14,619 nucleotides of DNA from a virus. The notes under the pieces are model-generated. The model saw only the letters and a program-made list of their open reading frames with translations. It was not told the origin of the DNA and ran no database searches. Below, in pieces: positions 7,201 to 14,619 of this stretch. The translations under genes were made by a program, and so were the position numbers. Numbering within the stretch: the stretch's first letter is position 1; each line of letters starts with the position of its first letter. The DNA lies in UHGV virus genome UHGV-1690626; one strand, 5' to 3'.

Positions 7201-10200
7201 GGGGGAGAGCGTAAAAAAAGTACGACACAGTGTATCGGAAATGCTGAACGGAACGGTCAGCGCGAAACGCCTCGCAGAATGGATGGAAGGCAGAATGCCC
7301 TCCCGTTACGCGGATACCTGGCAACTGTTACGCACGCTGCCACCTTCACAGATGGACAAGGCTTCTGCTTATCGGGTGGTATCGGGTGTGTATCAGGCGG
7401 CAGGAGGGAAGCGTTACGATCCGCCACAGAAACTTTATTCACTGCGCAATAAGGACAATAAGGGGACTAACCTCTTTTTCTCGGAAAGCAGGGATGAATT
7501 ACTGACAAAGGCGAAAGTCTGGTTTGCAGAGCTGGAGGAAAAGTCACAGGCGAAAGGTGATGAAAAAACAGCACCGTCACCGGATGACAAAATCAGCTTT
7601 GACGTTTACCGGAATACCCGCAGTGGCGATATTTTTATCGCTTATGGCAAAAACAAAATGCGGGTGAGAGGTGGCTTTAAGTCAGCCAGTGATGCGCGTA
7701 AGTACATTGATTCACATCGTGATGAGCTTGTTCGTCATGTGAAGGAGATGCGGGAGATTTCGCGTGAGGAGCAGCGTAACGCCACCAACCGCGATCGTAC
7801 CGGACCAGAACGCCGCAAGGGGGATGTTTCGCCGGAGCAGTTCAGTGATGCGTTTGGTTTTCGTGGTGTGCAGTTTGGTAATTATGTGGAAGGTCCGCGT
7901 CGTCAGGCTGATTTGAACCGGGCTTATGACTCGCTGCATGACCTGGCTGATGTGCTGAACGTGCCGACAAAAGCGCTTTCTCTGAACGGTCGTCTTGGGC
8001 TTGCTTTTGGTGCCCGTGGTAAGGGTAAGGCGGCGGCACACTATGAGCCGGGTGAGGTGGCAATCAACCTGACAAAAGGTAACGGACCGGGGGCGCTGGC
8101 CCACGAATGGTTCCATTCACTGGATAATTATTTTGGTCGTTATGATGTTTCCACTGACGGGAAGATCACGTCAGGTGGCGACTATATGACGGAAGCACAG
8201 CGTGCCGGGCGCGTATTTAAAGACGGCAGATATGTTGATGCGGAATATCCGGTACGTCAGGAGGTTTACGACGCGTTTAAAGGCGTGATGAAAGCGATCA
8301 ACAGCAGTGACATGCCGCGTCGTTCAGCGCTTCTCGATGAGGTGCGCTCAAAACCGTACTGGTCAACGGATGTTGAAATGGCGGCGCGTGCCTTTGAGCG
8401 TTATGTTCAGGATAAAGCGCGTACGGCTGGCGTGGAGAATGATTATCTGGTCAATATCCGTAAGGCACCTGAGCACAACACAGATAACACCTGGGCTTAT
8501 CCGACGAATGCGGAACTGGATGGTGGCATTCGTGAGGCATTCGATCACCTGTTCCGCACCCTGAAAACCCGTGAGACGGACAAGGGCGTTGCGTTTTATT
8601 CCCGTAAGGGCGTGACCCGCACACCTGAAGGCAATCTCATTTCGGATGTTAACCGCAGTGCGGAAGCCAAAGGCAGCCCGGTCCCGCAGGTTGAAGCGGT
8701 TGCCCGTGGCGTGATGAGTGGCATTAAGGACAGTGACCTGAAGGTCCGCGTGGTGAAGTCACAGAAAGAGGCTGAAGCACTGGCGGGTGAATCATTCGAC
8801 GGTTACGGCAAGGTGCACGCGTTCTATCGTCCGGATAAACGTGAAATTGTCCTGGTGGCGGATAACATTCCTGACGGGCGGACCGTTCGCGAGAAGCTGC
8901 GTCACGAGATTATCCACCATGCAATGGAGCATGTAGTCACGCCAGCGGAATATCAGACGATTATTAAGACCGTACTGAAAACCCGTGACAGTGATAACGC
9001 CACCATCCGTGAAGCCTGGCGTAAGGTTGATGCGTCTTATGGTAAGGAATCACCGGAAGTGCAGGCGGGTGAATTTCTGGCACATATGGCGGAGAAACAG
9101 CCGAATAAATTCGTGGCGGCATGGGAGCGTGTTGTTGCCCTGGTCAAAGGGGTACTGCGTCGCACGGGGTTACTGAAGCCGACAGAGCTGAACGATATCA
9201 GACTTGTTCGCGAAACTATTCGCACGTTAGGCCAGCGTGTGCGGGAAGGTTACACGCCGCGTGAGGATGGCGCTGGCGCATCGTCTCAGTACTCCCGTAG
9301 CGGTAAGCCTGATCCGTTCAAAGTGCCGGAAGGTGAGGGCGAGCGTTATCGTGATGACCTTGCCAGAATGATGAAGTCTCTGCGCTCAACGGATTTAACG
9401 GTAAACATCGGGCGTACGCCGCCGGTATTGCGTCACCTTGGCGCACCAGATTTGCCGCTGGTTATCTCCCGCGACACTGTGCGTAAGGCCACCAATGGTG
9501 TGAAACATGTGGTGCCGATGGATGTTATCGAGAGACTACCGGAACTGATGCACGATCCGGATGCAATTTACCGTTCCGCGACAGAAAGAAATGCGGTTGT
9601 GATGCTGCTTGATGCCATGGATAAAAATGGTGATCCTGTAGTGTCAGCGGTACACATGAAGGCTGTCCGGTCGCGCCTGGAAATCAACAAGGTAGCTTCA
9701 GTTTACGGTACAGAAAATGGAAAAAAACTGAAGAGTATGGAAATGACCGGGTTAACGTTGTACCGGAGAGAAAAATTAAGCCGCGATAACCTTCTGCACA
9801 GAGGGCTTCAATTGCCCAAAGGGGAACATTCTTATCGCGGCTCTGCGGATAAAATACTCTATCCTGAAGATATTCGCAAGGGGCCGCATTACTCCCGTAC
9901 CAGCAGTCTGACACCGGAAGAGACAATTGCATCGCGTTTTGTGCGCCAGATGCAGGATAAATTCCAGGTGCTGAAAGCTGTTCAGGAGAATATCCGTAAA
10001 ACTGGCGGAAAAATAGACGACAGTAACAACGCTTATATGGCAGAAGAACTCTTCCACGGGAAGGCGGAAAACGACCTGAACGTGATGAAGGAGCGCTATG
10101 TTCAGCCGCTGGCTAAATTACTGGCGGACTACAAAATTGCGCAGGCCGATCTGGATGAGTACCTCTACGCCCGTCACGCGCCGGAACGTAACGCGCATAT

Positions 10201-12634
10201 CGCGAAAATCAACCCGAAAATGCCGGACGGCGGTTCGGGGATGACCAACGCGGAAGCGGCGGAAATCATGCAGCGTGTGCGTAACAGTGGCAAACAGGCA
10301 CAGTATGACCGTCTGGCAGGGATTGTTGACGATATGCTGGCCCGTCGCCGTGAGCTTATCCGTGAGGCCGGACTGGAAGAGAGCGGTGTGGTGGATGCCT
10401 GGCAGAAAGCCTACCGTTACTACGTTCCCCTGAAAGGGCAGGATGTTGACGGTGTGGTGTCACTGCCCCGTACAGGTAAAGGCTTCACTATCGGCGGACG
10501 TGAAAGCAGGCAGGCCATGGGGCGTGCATCCCGCGCACAGTCTCCTTCCACTCAGGCGATACAGGATTTGAGCGAATCGCTGATCCGCAATCGCAAAAAT
10601 GAAGTGGGTAACGCCTTCCTGAAACTGGTACAGGATAATCCAGACAAGGATTACTGGCAGGTATTCACCAATGAGCGACCGGACACCATGCGTGCGATTG
10701 CAGAGCGTGTTGTTCCGGAAACCGGTGAAACCCGTCACGAAGTTGTCGAACGTCCTGTACCGATGGCAATGATGGCAGACCGGTACTTCACCACCAAAAA
10801 GAACGGCAAAACGTACTACATCAAACTCCATGATCCGCGCCTGATGCGTGCGATGAAGAATATGGGACCGGAAACCAGTAACGCCGTAATCCGCACGCTG
10901 GGGAAAGTTAACCGCTTCCTGGCAACGGTGAACACGTCGTATAACCCGGAATTTCTGGTCAGTAACTTCATCCGTGACGTGCAGACGGCGGTGATGAACC
11001 TGAAGGCGGAGCAGGGAAGGAGCGACGGTAAACTGAAAGGGCTGGATAACTTATCCGCCCTGGCTGTGGTGAAAGACAGCCGTTCTGCCATGTCAGCCGT
11101 ATACGCCAGTCTGCGTGGTAAAACCCTCACGGGCAAAGGCGCACAGTGGCAGAAAGTGTGGAAAGAGTTTGTTGAGGACGGAGGTAAAACCGGCTGGTTT
11201 AACATGGGTGACCTTGAAGGCCAGCAGAAGGAAATGGATCGCCTTGTATCGCTGGCGAAGGGAGGATGGAAAGGCCAGAGTATCGGTGCATGGAATTCGT
11301 TCCTTAACCTTGTCGAGGATGCCAACGGTGCGGTTGAAAACGCTCTGCGTCTTTCTGCCTATAAACACGCCCGTGATGCTGGTTTGTCACGCCAGCAGGC
11401 GGCGTCTCTTGCCAAAAACATGACGGTGAACTTTAACCGTCGTGGTGAGCAGGGAGCGCTGATGAACTCGCTGTATATGTTTGCCAACGCCAGCATTCAG
11501 GGGACCGCAAACCTGGTGAGAACGCTCGGACATCTTAATGGCGACGGGCCGTTACCGGAGCGCCTTCGCTGGAAGAATCTCAATGTACCGCAGAAAATCG
11601 CGCTTGCAGCTGTGGGAGCGGGTTATCTGCTTGGCTCGCTTAACCGCAGTGTTGCGGGGGAGGATGATGACGGGGTTAACTGGTATGACAAGGTGCCGTC
11701 TCATGTGAAAGAGCGTAACCTCGTCATTATGAAATCGGTGTTCGGGGGCAAGGCCGGAGAGTACTGGAGTATTCCTCTGCCTTACGGGTACAACGTTTTC
11801 TTCCTGCTCGGGCATACTGCTGAAGGTGTGGCAGCGGGCGACCTGACTGCTTCACGTGCTGCCGGTAATGTTGTCGGTGGTATCCTGGGGGCATTCAGTC
11901 CTGTGGGCAGTGAAACGTCGGAAACACTGTCCGGGGCATTGCTGAAAAATGCAGCGCCGACCATTCTGCGTCCGTTTGCGAACCTTGCCATGAATGAAAA
12001 CTTCATGGGGGCGCAGATTTACCAGGAGAACATGCCATTTGGCACACCGAAACCGGACAGCCAGCTGGGCAGACGTTCAACGCCTGAGGCGTACAAGGCG
12101 TTTGCATCCTGGCTGAATGCGTTCTCAGGTGGCAGCCAGTATCGTCCCGGCGCGGTGGATATCACACCGGAATCGCTGAAATTCTGGATTGACTATATCT
12201 CCGGAGGGACAGGGCGCTTCATTTCCAAAACCACAGATGCGGCGGTGAAATCGCTGAACGGTATTGATATACCGGAGCAGCAGGTGCCCTTCCTGGGGAA
12301 AATTTCGGGTGAGGTGATGCCGTATGCTGACCAGCAGAAGATGTATGACCGGATGACGGAGGTTGCGCAGTACCACGCAGAGCTGAAGAGTCTGACCGGT
12401 GCAGAAAGAACGGCATTCATTGACGAGAACAACGGAAAATTGTCGATGAACGGGCTTATGCAGGATACCCGGAAGAGACTGAAGGATTTGCGTAAACAAC
12501 GTGATGCCATTTACGCCGACAGTACTCTCAGTCTGGCGCAACAGTCGGCGATGGTGAAATCGGTAGAGCGGGATATGAAAATTGCCGTGGATCGGTTTAA
12601 CCGCGAGTACAACAAAAAAGTGGGAGTGGATTAA
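4265..12634 (+). CDS. Giant 2,789-aa multidomain protein with two HExxH zincin-like motifs; candidate virion-delivered polyvalent or ejection protein
   Basis: Uninterrupted 8,370-nt ORF with GGAG 6 nt upstream. ALAHEWFHSLD at aa 1280-1284 (nt 8102-8116) and LRHEIIHHAMEH at aa 1547-1551 (nt 8903-8917). Acidic Pro/Glu/Gln/Arg-rich low-complexity stretch at aa about 430-900. Glycine-zipper-like segment IDGAALGAAMGAPFGAVAGY at aa about 405-425. Hydrophobic/Gly-rich stretches in the C-terminal 700 aa. No Walker A, DEAD-box or single-subunit RNA polymerase motifs seen by eye. Reality of the CDS is high confidence; function is inference. Confidence 0.85.
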   Translation: MAYSDEQRPEAQFGNQNRNSLNIQQPGETDSYDAFFSDPNRWKDNSTSFSLGDVLPTMGKGVAQSIRGTGEMARGLGDAMIQSPVKTGARILNEFSRMGLPGVATVQDIFVGGSKGADEVIDTLPDGKNAVTDTVGKGLKATGKAVSDGAKASDEWLTDQMSPGAVRALNTPMSEGYDDSAVLLTKGVNLIGALVPDLVAGGVTKKLGEVTLRKVLTAGLEKKYIAAGMQPERATALAAEAVDKKMPDLFQAGLITHSSASAQGQSAMAAADSVLNADYSELAKSPKFQQTFLSIDADPQHAQLTDRQKMDLAKERVADEVRAQLATDPQLLAVNAMAAKLGDAQLLNLAMRGTAKTVKSGIIRNATEQGVINGAQGGYSRYQENMALRETAGMDVSPWEGVADATIDGAALGAAMGAPFGAVAGYRGRRQAADEAAMREAEVVQQGEAAPQPEPVDPVAQHRESMQGMNREQLLEQYADADMAHEGDTSAVHRREAASQLLNELDEQAKRQAVMDELKAKPRPELLEEYRKLSLKEGRTDTEEQQLQAIRDVLRPQQEARPEAQPQPENADDGDGSIYPTVRFRDPDEVRIEINGSGASRPAERIEKVRPDNRYFTDEKSALGSDVFRNASATGLKPSVVKKGENQYAVEMDNPAFSEDVATETINTLADGERITDADPMEQPAFMRDPRFRGFTGDDTEVQARLARGNAPTAEELVRSQMAEGDAGPTAQELTERPRLPAPGDIHPGQGYPLPGEVARTPDENQAGRGGRFTTTGEVKGQSFQKGRAQAPENAAGRQGEILEGEPVRRGLPSPDEQNATAPVREGLPAPEQRGVDMPHPESLPRMVRDSLPELAQQAEARRQTGDNRQTITDVPDTEVPVPVPVDKPSTHQQARGAKIEDFGEEIKGAAKHRYAQLAETLGKTLEDRDYVTQPLSKLFPKPDYAKLANEGADADTLAMIALYRSDIPAKTKHNTAGWGESVKKVRHSVSEMLNGTVSAKRLAEWMEGRMPSRYADTWQLLRTLPPSQMDKASAYRVVSGVYQAAGGKRYDPPQKLYSLRNKDNKGTNLFFSESRDELLTKAKVWFAELEEKSQAKGDEKTAPSPDDKISFDVYRNTRSGDIFIAYGKNKMRVRGGFKSASDARKYIDSHRDELVRHVKEMREISREEQRNATNRDRTGPERRKGDVSPEQFSDAFGFRGVQFGNYVEGPRRQADLNRAYDSLHDLADVLNVPTKALSLNGRLGLAFGARGKGKAAAHYEPGEVAINLTKGNGPGALAHEWFHSLDNYFGRYDVSTDGKITSGGDYMTEAQRAGRVFKDGRYVDAEYPVRQEVYDAFKGVMKAINSSDMPRRSALLDEVRSKPYWSTDVEMAARAFERYVQDKARTAGVENDYLVNIRKAPEHNTDNTWAYPTNAELDGGIREAFDHLFRTLKTRETDKGVAFYSRKGVTRTPEGNLISDVNRSAEAKGSPVPQVEAVARGVMSGIKDSDLKVRVVKSQKEAEALAGESFDGYGKVHAFYRPDKREIVLVADNIPDGRTVREKLRHEIIHHAMEHVVTPAEYQTIIKTVLKTRDSDNATIREAWRKVDASYGKESPEVQAGEFLAHMAEKQPNKFVAAWERVVALVKGVLRRTGLLKPTELNDIRLVRETIRTLGQRVREGYTPREDGAGASSQYSRSGKPDPFKVPEGEGERYRDDLARMMKSLRSTDLTVNIGRTPPVLRHLGAPDLPLVISRDTVRKATNGVKHVVPMDVIERLPELMHDPDAIYRSATERNAVVMLLDAMDKNGDPVVSAVHMKAVRSRLEINKVASVYGTENGKKLKSMEMTGLTLYRREKLSRDNLLHRGLQLPKGEHSYRGSADKILYPEDIRKGPHYSRTSSLTPEETIASRFVRQMQDKFQVLKAVQENIRKTGGKIDDSNNAYMAEELFHGKAENDLNVMKERYVQPLAKLLADYKIAQADLDEYLYARHAPERNAHIAKINPKMPDGGSGMTNAEAAEIMQRVRNSGKQAQYDRLAGIVDDMLARRRELIREAGLEESGVVDAWQKAYRYYVPLKGQDVDGVVSLPRTGKGFTIGGRESRQAMGRASRAQSPSTQAIQDLSESLIRNRKNEVGNAFLKLVQDNPDKDYWQVFTNERPDTMRAIAERVVPETGETRHEVVERPVPMAMMADRYFTTKKNGKTYYIKLHDPRLMRAMKNMGPETSNAVIRTLGKVNRFLATVNTSYNPEFLVSNFIRDVQTAVMNLKAEQGRSDGKLKGLDNLSALAVVKDSRSAMSAVYASLRGKTLTGKGAQWQKVWKEFVEDGGKTGWFNMGDLEGQQKEMDRLVSLAKGGWKGQSIGAWNSFLNLVEDANGAVENALRLSAYKHARDAGLSRQQAASLAKNMTVNFNRRGEQGALMNSLYMFANASIQGTANLVRTLGHLNGDGPLPERLRWKNLNVPQKIALAAVGAGYLLGSLNRSVAGEDDDGVNWYDKVPSHVKERNLVIMKSVFGGKAGEYWSIPLPYGYNVFFLLGHTAEGVAAGDLTASRAAGNVVGGILGAFSPVGSETSETLSGALLKNAAPTILRPFANLAMNENFMGAQIYQENMPFGTPKPDSQLGRRSTPEAYKAFASWLNAFSGGSQYRPGAVDITPESLKFWIDYISGGTGRFISKTTDAAVKSLNGIDIPEQQVPFLGKISGEVMPYADQQKMYDRMTEVAQYHAELKSLTGAERTAFIDENNGKLSMNGLMQDTRKRLKDLRKQRDAIYADSTLSLAQQSAMVKSVERDMKIAVDRFNREYNKKVGVD
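6902..6919 (+). repeat. In-frame tandem hexanucleotide repeat (GTGCCG)x3 encoding VPVPVP
   Basis: ggtgccggtgccggtgccggta read directly in the sequence, inside the low-complexity region of the giant gene. Confidence 0.9.
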
Positions 12635-12642
12635 CAGAAATG

Positions 12643-12664
12643 GCCCCGTACGGAAGTGCGGGGC
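12643..12664. other. Strong hairpin with GGAA tetraloop 9 nt after the giant gene stop
   Basis: GCCCCGTAC / GTGCGGGGC 9-bp stem (one G-U pair) with loop GGAA. No U-tract on the plus strand; a modest U-rich stretch follows on the minus strand. Confidence 0.5.
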
Positions 12665-12757
12665 TGATTAAGAAATAAACACACATTAACCTGTTATAAC
12701 CGGAGCTATTAACATATAGTCAGAAAGAGTATTTCATGTGAGACAGAGAGCCGATTT

Positions 12758-12949
12758 ATGTTTAATGAAGAAAAAGTTGCGTAAATGGCAGCGTATTTGC
12801 TGAAAAAGCATGGCGGATCTATGCGTTTCATTAAGCTGATGAAGCTGATGTATCTCTCTGACCGCAAAGCAATGGAGTCTTTAACCGGGAAGGGGAGAGG
12901 TTTGAATGCTCCCCCACAATTCCCCGGCATCAAATCTCCATGCAGGTGA
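12758..12949 (+). pseudogene. Degraded remnant resembling the N-terminus of a Panacea (DUF4065)-domain protein
   Basis: ATG 12758 gives MFNEEKVA, then an in-frame TAA (12782-12784), then MAAYLLKKHGGSMRFIKLMKLMYLSDRKAMESLTG. This matches the remembered N-terminal pattern of Panacea-domain proteins (KLxKLxY), but the downstream part of the domain is missing and the frame ends at 12949. Confidence 0.3.
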
Positions 12950-13023
12950 TCTATTTTACCCCCAGCGGCAAATCAGTGCGATCGAAATGGCAGCCACTAC
13001 AATTGCAAATGCTTCAGGCTAGG

Positions 13024-13596
13024 TCATTGGCGTACCTCCTTCGGCGGTTCTGGTAGCGGCATCCAGTGGGTTACTTCTTTGAGATGCAGGTCTTCGCCAT
13101 CACCGTCATCCCAAGTGGGATTGCCATCATTAAACCAGTCGCCATATACGCCGACCTGAGTGTTGGGGATGCTTGGTGGGTAGTTGTTTTTAAAGTCAGC
13201 TGCTAACACATAGTATTGTCGCTCTCCCATTTCTGGCATCCGCTCACTACAGCTTATCCAACTATCCGGAGTTCCCGGAGAGTTGCCATTTACATCGAAG
13301 TTTGGCTCTGCGTCCTGAACCAGGAGGATGTAACCATTCTTGGCAGTATCAAGTTCTAACGCCTCGGTGACGGTGCCGAAATAGCGATTACCTAAATCAG
13401 CATCACAAGTGCTTACATCAATGGAAACTTCCATGCCCTCGATTAATTCTGGCAAGTTGTAAGTTTGGCTTACAGGTTCGGCTTCCAGAGATGCCAGCGC
13501 AATCCGTGCAAGTTCCATTTGTTCGCCACGGGTAAGTCCGTTATCAAGCGGATTTTTAATGAATAATTCGATACGTTCTTTGGTTATAGCGCTCAT
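13024..13596 (-). CDS. DUF551-domain phage protein (190 aa)
   Basis: C-terminal LKEVTHWMPLPEPPKE matches the W-x-P-L-P-E-P-P signature I associate with DUF551 proteins of lambdoid early regions. ATG at 13596 with AAGGAG SD chosen over the TTG at 13677 reported in the ORF track. Start lies 1 nt after the upstream gene's stop. Confidence 0.65.
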   Translation of the reverse strand: MSAITKERIELFIKNPLDNGLTRGEQMELARIALASLEAEPVSQTYNLPELIEGMEVSIDVSTCDADLGNRYFGTVTEALELDTAKNGYILLVQDAEPNFDVNGNSPGTPDSWISCSERMPEMGERQYYVLAADFKNNYPPSIPNTQVGVYGDWFNDGNPTWDDGDGEDLHLKEVTHWMPLPEPPKEVRQ

Positions 13597-13597
13597 C

Positions 13598-14383
13598 TCA
13601 CTCTCCTTTGATACGAATGCCCGCGGCGTGTGGCACATTAACTTCCACGATGCGCACTGTTGGTTTGTACATCTCAATCGCTGTCAGCCAGTCAGCTCCT
13701 GTCATGCGCTTTTCCGCATCGCCATTAGTCCACTTAACCGGTACACCAATAGACTTCATCGCGATTTCTATTTCCCCGGCGATGGCGCTTTTTCCGCAAC
13801 CAGTAAAACCAGATACAACGACAAGAACTTCGCCTTTGGCTGGTTTTATTTCCCGTGCTTCCTGCCCTGATTTGCGCAGCAAAACAGCGTACTTTAATGC
13901 GTCCTGGGCTTTCTGAAATTTCAGTGCATAGTCAGTGGCGATTTTCTCCAGTTCAGCAATACGCTTACTCCCATCCGAGATAACACCTTCGTAATACTCA
14001 CGCTGCTCGTTGAGTTTTGATTTTGTCTCCTCAAGCTCAACGCGCAGCTTCCCTACCGTTAGCGCAATATCCTCGTTCTCCTGGTCGCGGCGTTTGATGT
14101 ATTGCTGGTTTCTTTCCCGTTCATCCAGCAGTGCCAGCACGGTAGCCGGATTGGCTGCGGCGATGAATTCAGCATTGGCCTGCTGTTCCATTTGGAAATC
14201 TTCATCGAAACCGCTTTCAGGATGTGCTCCTTCAATTCTGCAAATGGGAATATATCCAGCAGCCTCGCGATGAATTAGTGCATCATCACCATCAAATCGG
14301 TTCTCTCCATATTCGAGCGACCACTCACCACGCGTTGCTTTTTCTGCCTTTTCACGCAGTACCTGATAGTTAATCTCGCTCAT
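13598..14383 (-). CDS. Ead/Ea22-like early-region protein (261 aa) with coiled-coil middle and a Walker-A-like motif near the C-terminus
   Basis: N-terminal MSEINYQVLREKAEKATRGEW plus a long charged coiled coil resemble Ea22-like proteins of lambdoid early-left operons. GFTGCGKS (nt about 13777-13800) fits G-x4-G-K-S. ATG at 14383 preferred over the TTG at 14407. Confidence 0.55.
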   Translation of the reverse strand: MSEINYQVLREKAEKATRGEWSLEYGENRFDGDDALIHREAAGYIPICRIEGAHPESGFDEDFQMEQQANAEFIAAANPATVLALLDERERNQQYIKRRDQENEDIALTVGKLRVELEETKSKLNEQREYYEGVISDGSKRIAELEKIATDYALKFQKAQDALKYAVLLRKSGQEAREIKPAKGEVLVVVSGFTGCGKSAIAGEIEIAMKSIGVPVKWTNGDAEKRMTGADWLTAIEMYKPTVRIVEVNVPHAAGIRIKGE

Positions 14384-14619
14384 TTTTCTCTTCGCTCCGG
14401 TATACAAGAATTACAACGTCACCTCTGCTAATTACGCGAGCTGGACCTCCTGGCTCCATGCTGTCAATCCCGAAGGCTTCGGAAAACGCATTCATTGCCT
14501 TCTGGCGTTGATCCTGCTTACGGCATTTATTCCATTTTTTCAGTAACAACAGCGATAGCCACCGCCCGGCGCAGAACATAATGTAAAAATAACCAAGAAG
14601 CGCCAGACCTGTGTTGAGG
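14370..14619 (-). CDS. Hypothetical protein, 3' part only (5' end beyond window), with a hydrophobic stretch
   Basis: Minus-strand frame is open from the window edge to the stop at 14370-14372. Contains LALLGYFYIMFCAGRWLSLLLL. Overlaps the Ea22-like start by 14 nt. Confidence 0.4.
   Translation of the reverse strand, partial: LNTGLALLGYFYIMFCAGRWLSLLLLKKWNKCRKQDQRQKAMNAFSEAFGIDSMEPGGPARVISRGDVVILVYRSEEKNERD

Noticed and set aside
5144-12541. Several minus-strand ORFs of 100-200 aa inside the giant gene (for example 5144-5743, 6791-7324, 10816-11325, 12125-12541)
   Set aside because: All lie antisense within one uninterrupted 8.4-kb coding frame; they are Cys/Arg/His-rich with no SD support, so I treat them as shadow ORFs.
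4265-12634. Giant protein as a virion RNA polymerase, helicase or ATPase
   Set aside because: No Walker A/B, DEAD/DEAH or single-subunit RNA polymerase motifs found by eye; the only catalytic-looking motifs are the two HExxH.
4265-12634. Giant protein as a tape-measure, tail-fibre or RHS/YD-repeat toxin
   Set aside because: It lies downstream of lom (after the tail module in lambda-type order), and shows neither the uniform helical composition of tape-measure proteins nor YD or fibre-type repeats. Not excluded without a homology search.
12709-12933. 74-aa minus-strand ORF in the junction region
   Set aside because: Antisense to the Panacea-like remnant, with no SD and low-complexity composition.
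14383-14407. TTG start at 14407 for the Ea22-like gene, and TTG at 13677 for the DUF551 gene, as given in the ORF track
   Set aside because: Downstream ATGs (14383 and 13596) have better SD sequences, and the ATG at 13596 sits 1 nt from the upstream stop.
1-14619. tRNA, rRNA, CRISPR array, IS element or integrase
   Set aside because: No T-loop-like GGTTCGAATCC motifs, no regularly spaced direct repeats, and no transposase- or recombinase-like ORFs were seen in any frame.

Overview
This window looks like a segment of a lambdoid (lambda-like) enterobacterial phage or prophage. It opens inside a lom-family outer-membrane protein gene with its terminator, followed by a small Hok/Gef-family type I toxin locus that the ORF track missed (under its length cutoff) and a 133-aa Cys-containing ORF. 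The centre is a five-gene plus-strand module (1554-12634): four tightly coupled small proteins, then a 2,789-aa protein with two HExxH motifs and a roughly 470-aa acidic low-complexity region. Intrinsic terminators sit directly in front of the ribosome-binding sites of the first gene and of the giant gene. I read this module as a candidate virion-delivered (ejection or polyvalent-effector type) system occupying the position where lambda carries side-tail-fibre genes, but I cannot run a homology search, so novelty is unverified. The right end carries minus-strand genes typical of the distal early-left operon (Ea22-like, DUF551, one partial ORF). No integrase or recognisable attachment site lies between the two blocks; instead there is a strong hairpin and a degraded Panacea-like ORF. 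No tRNA, rRNA, CRISPR array or IS element was recognised.
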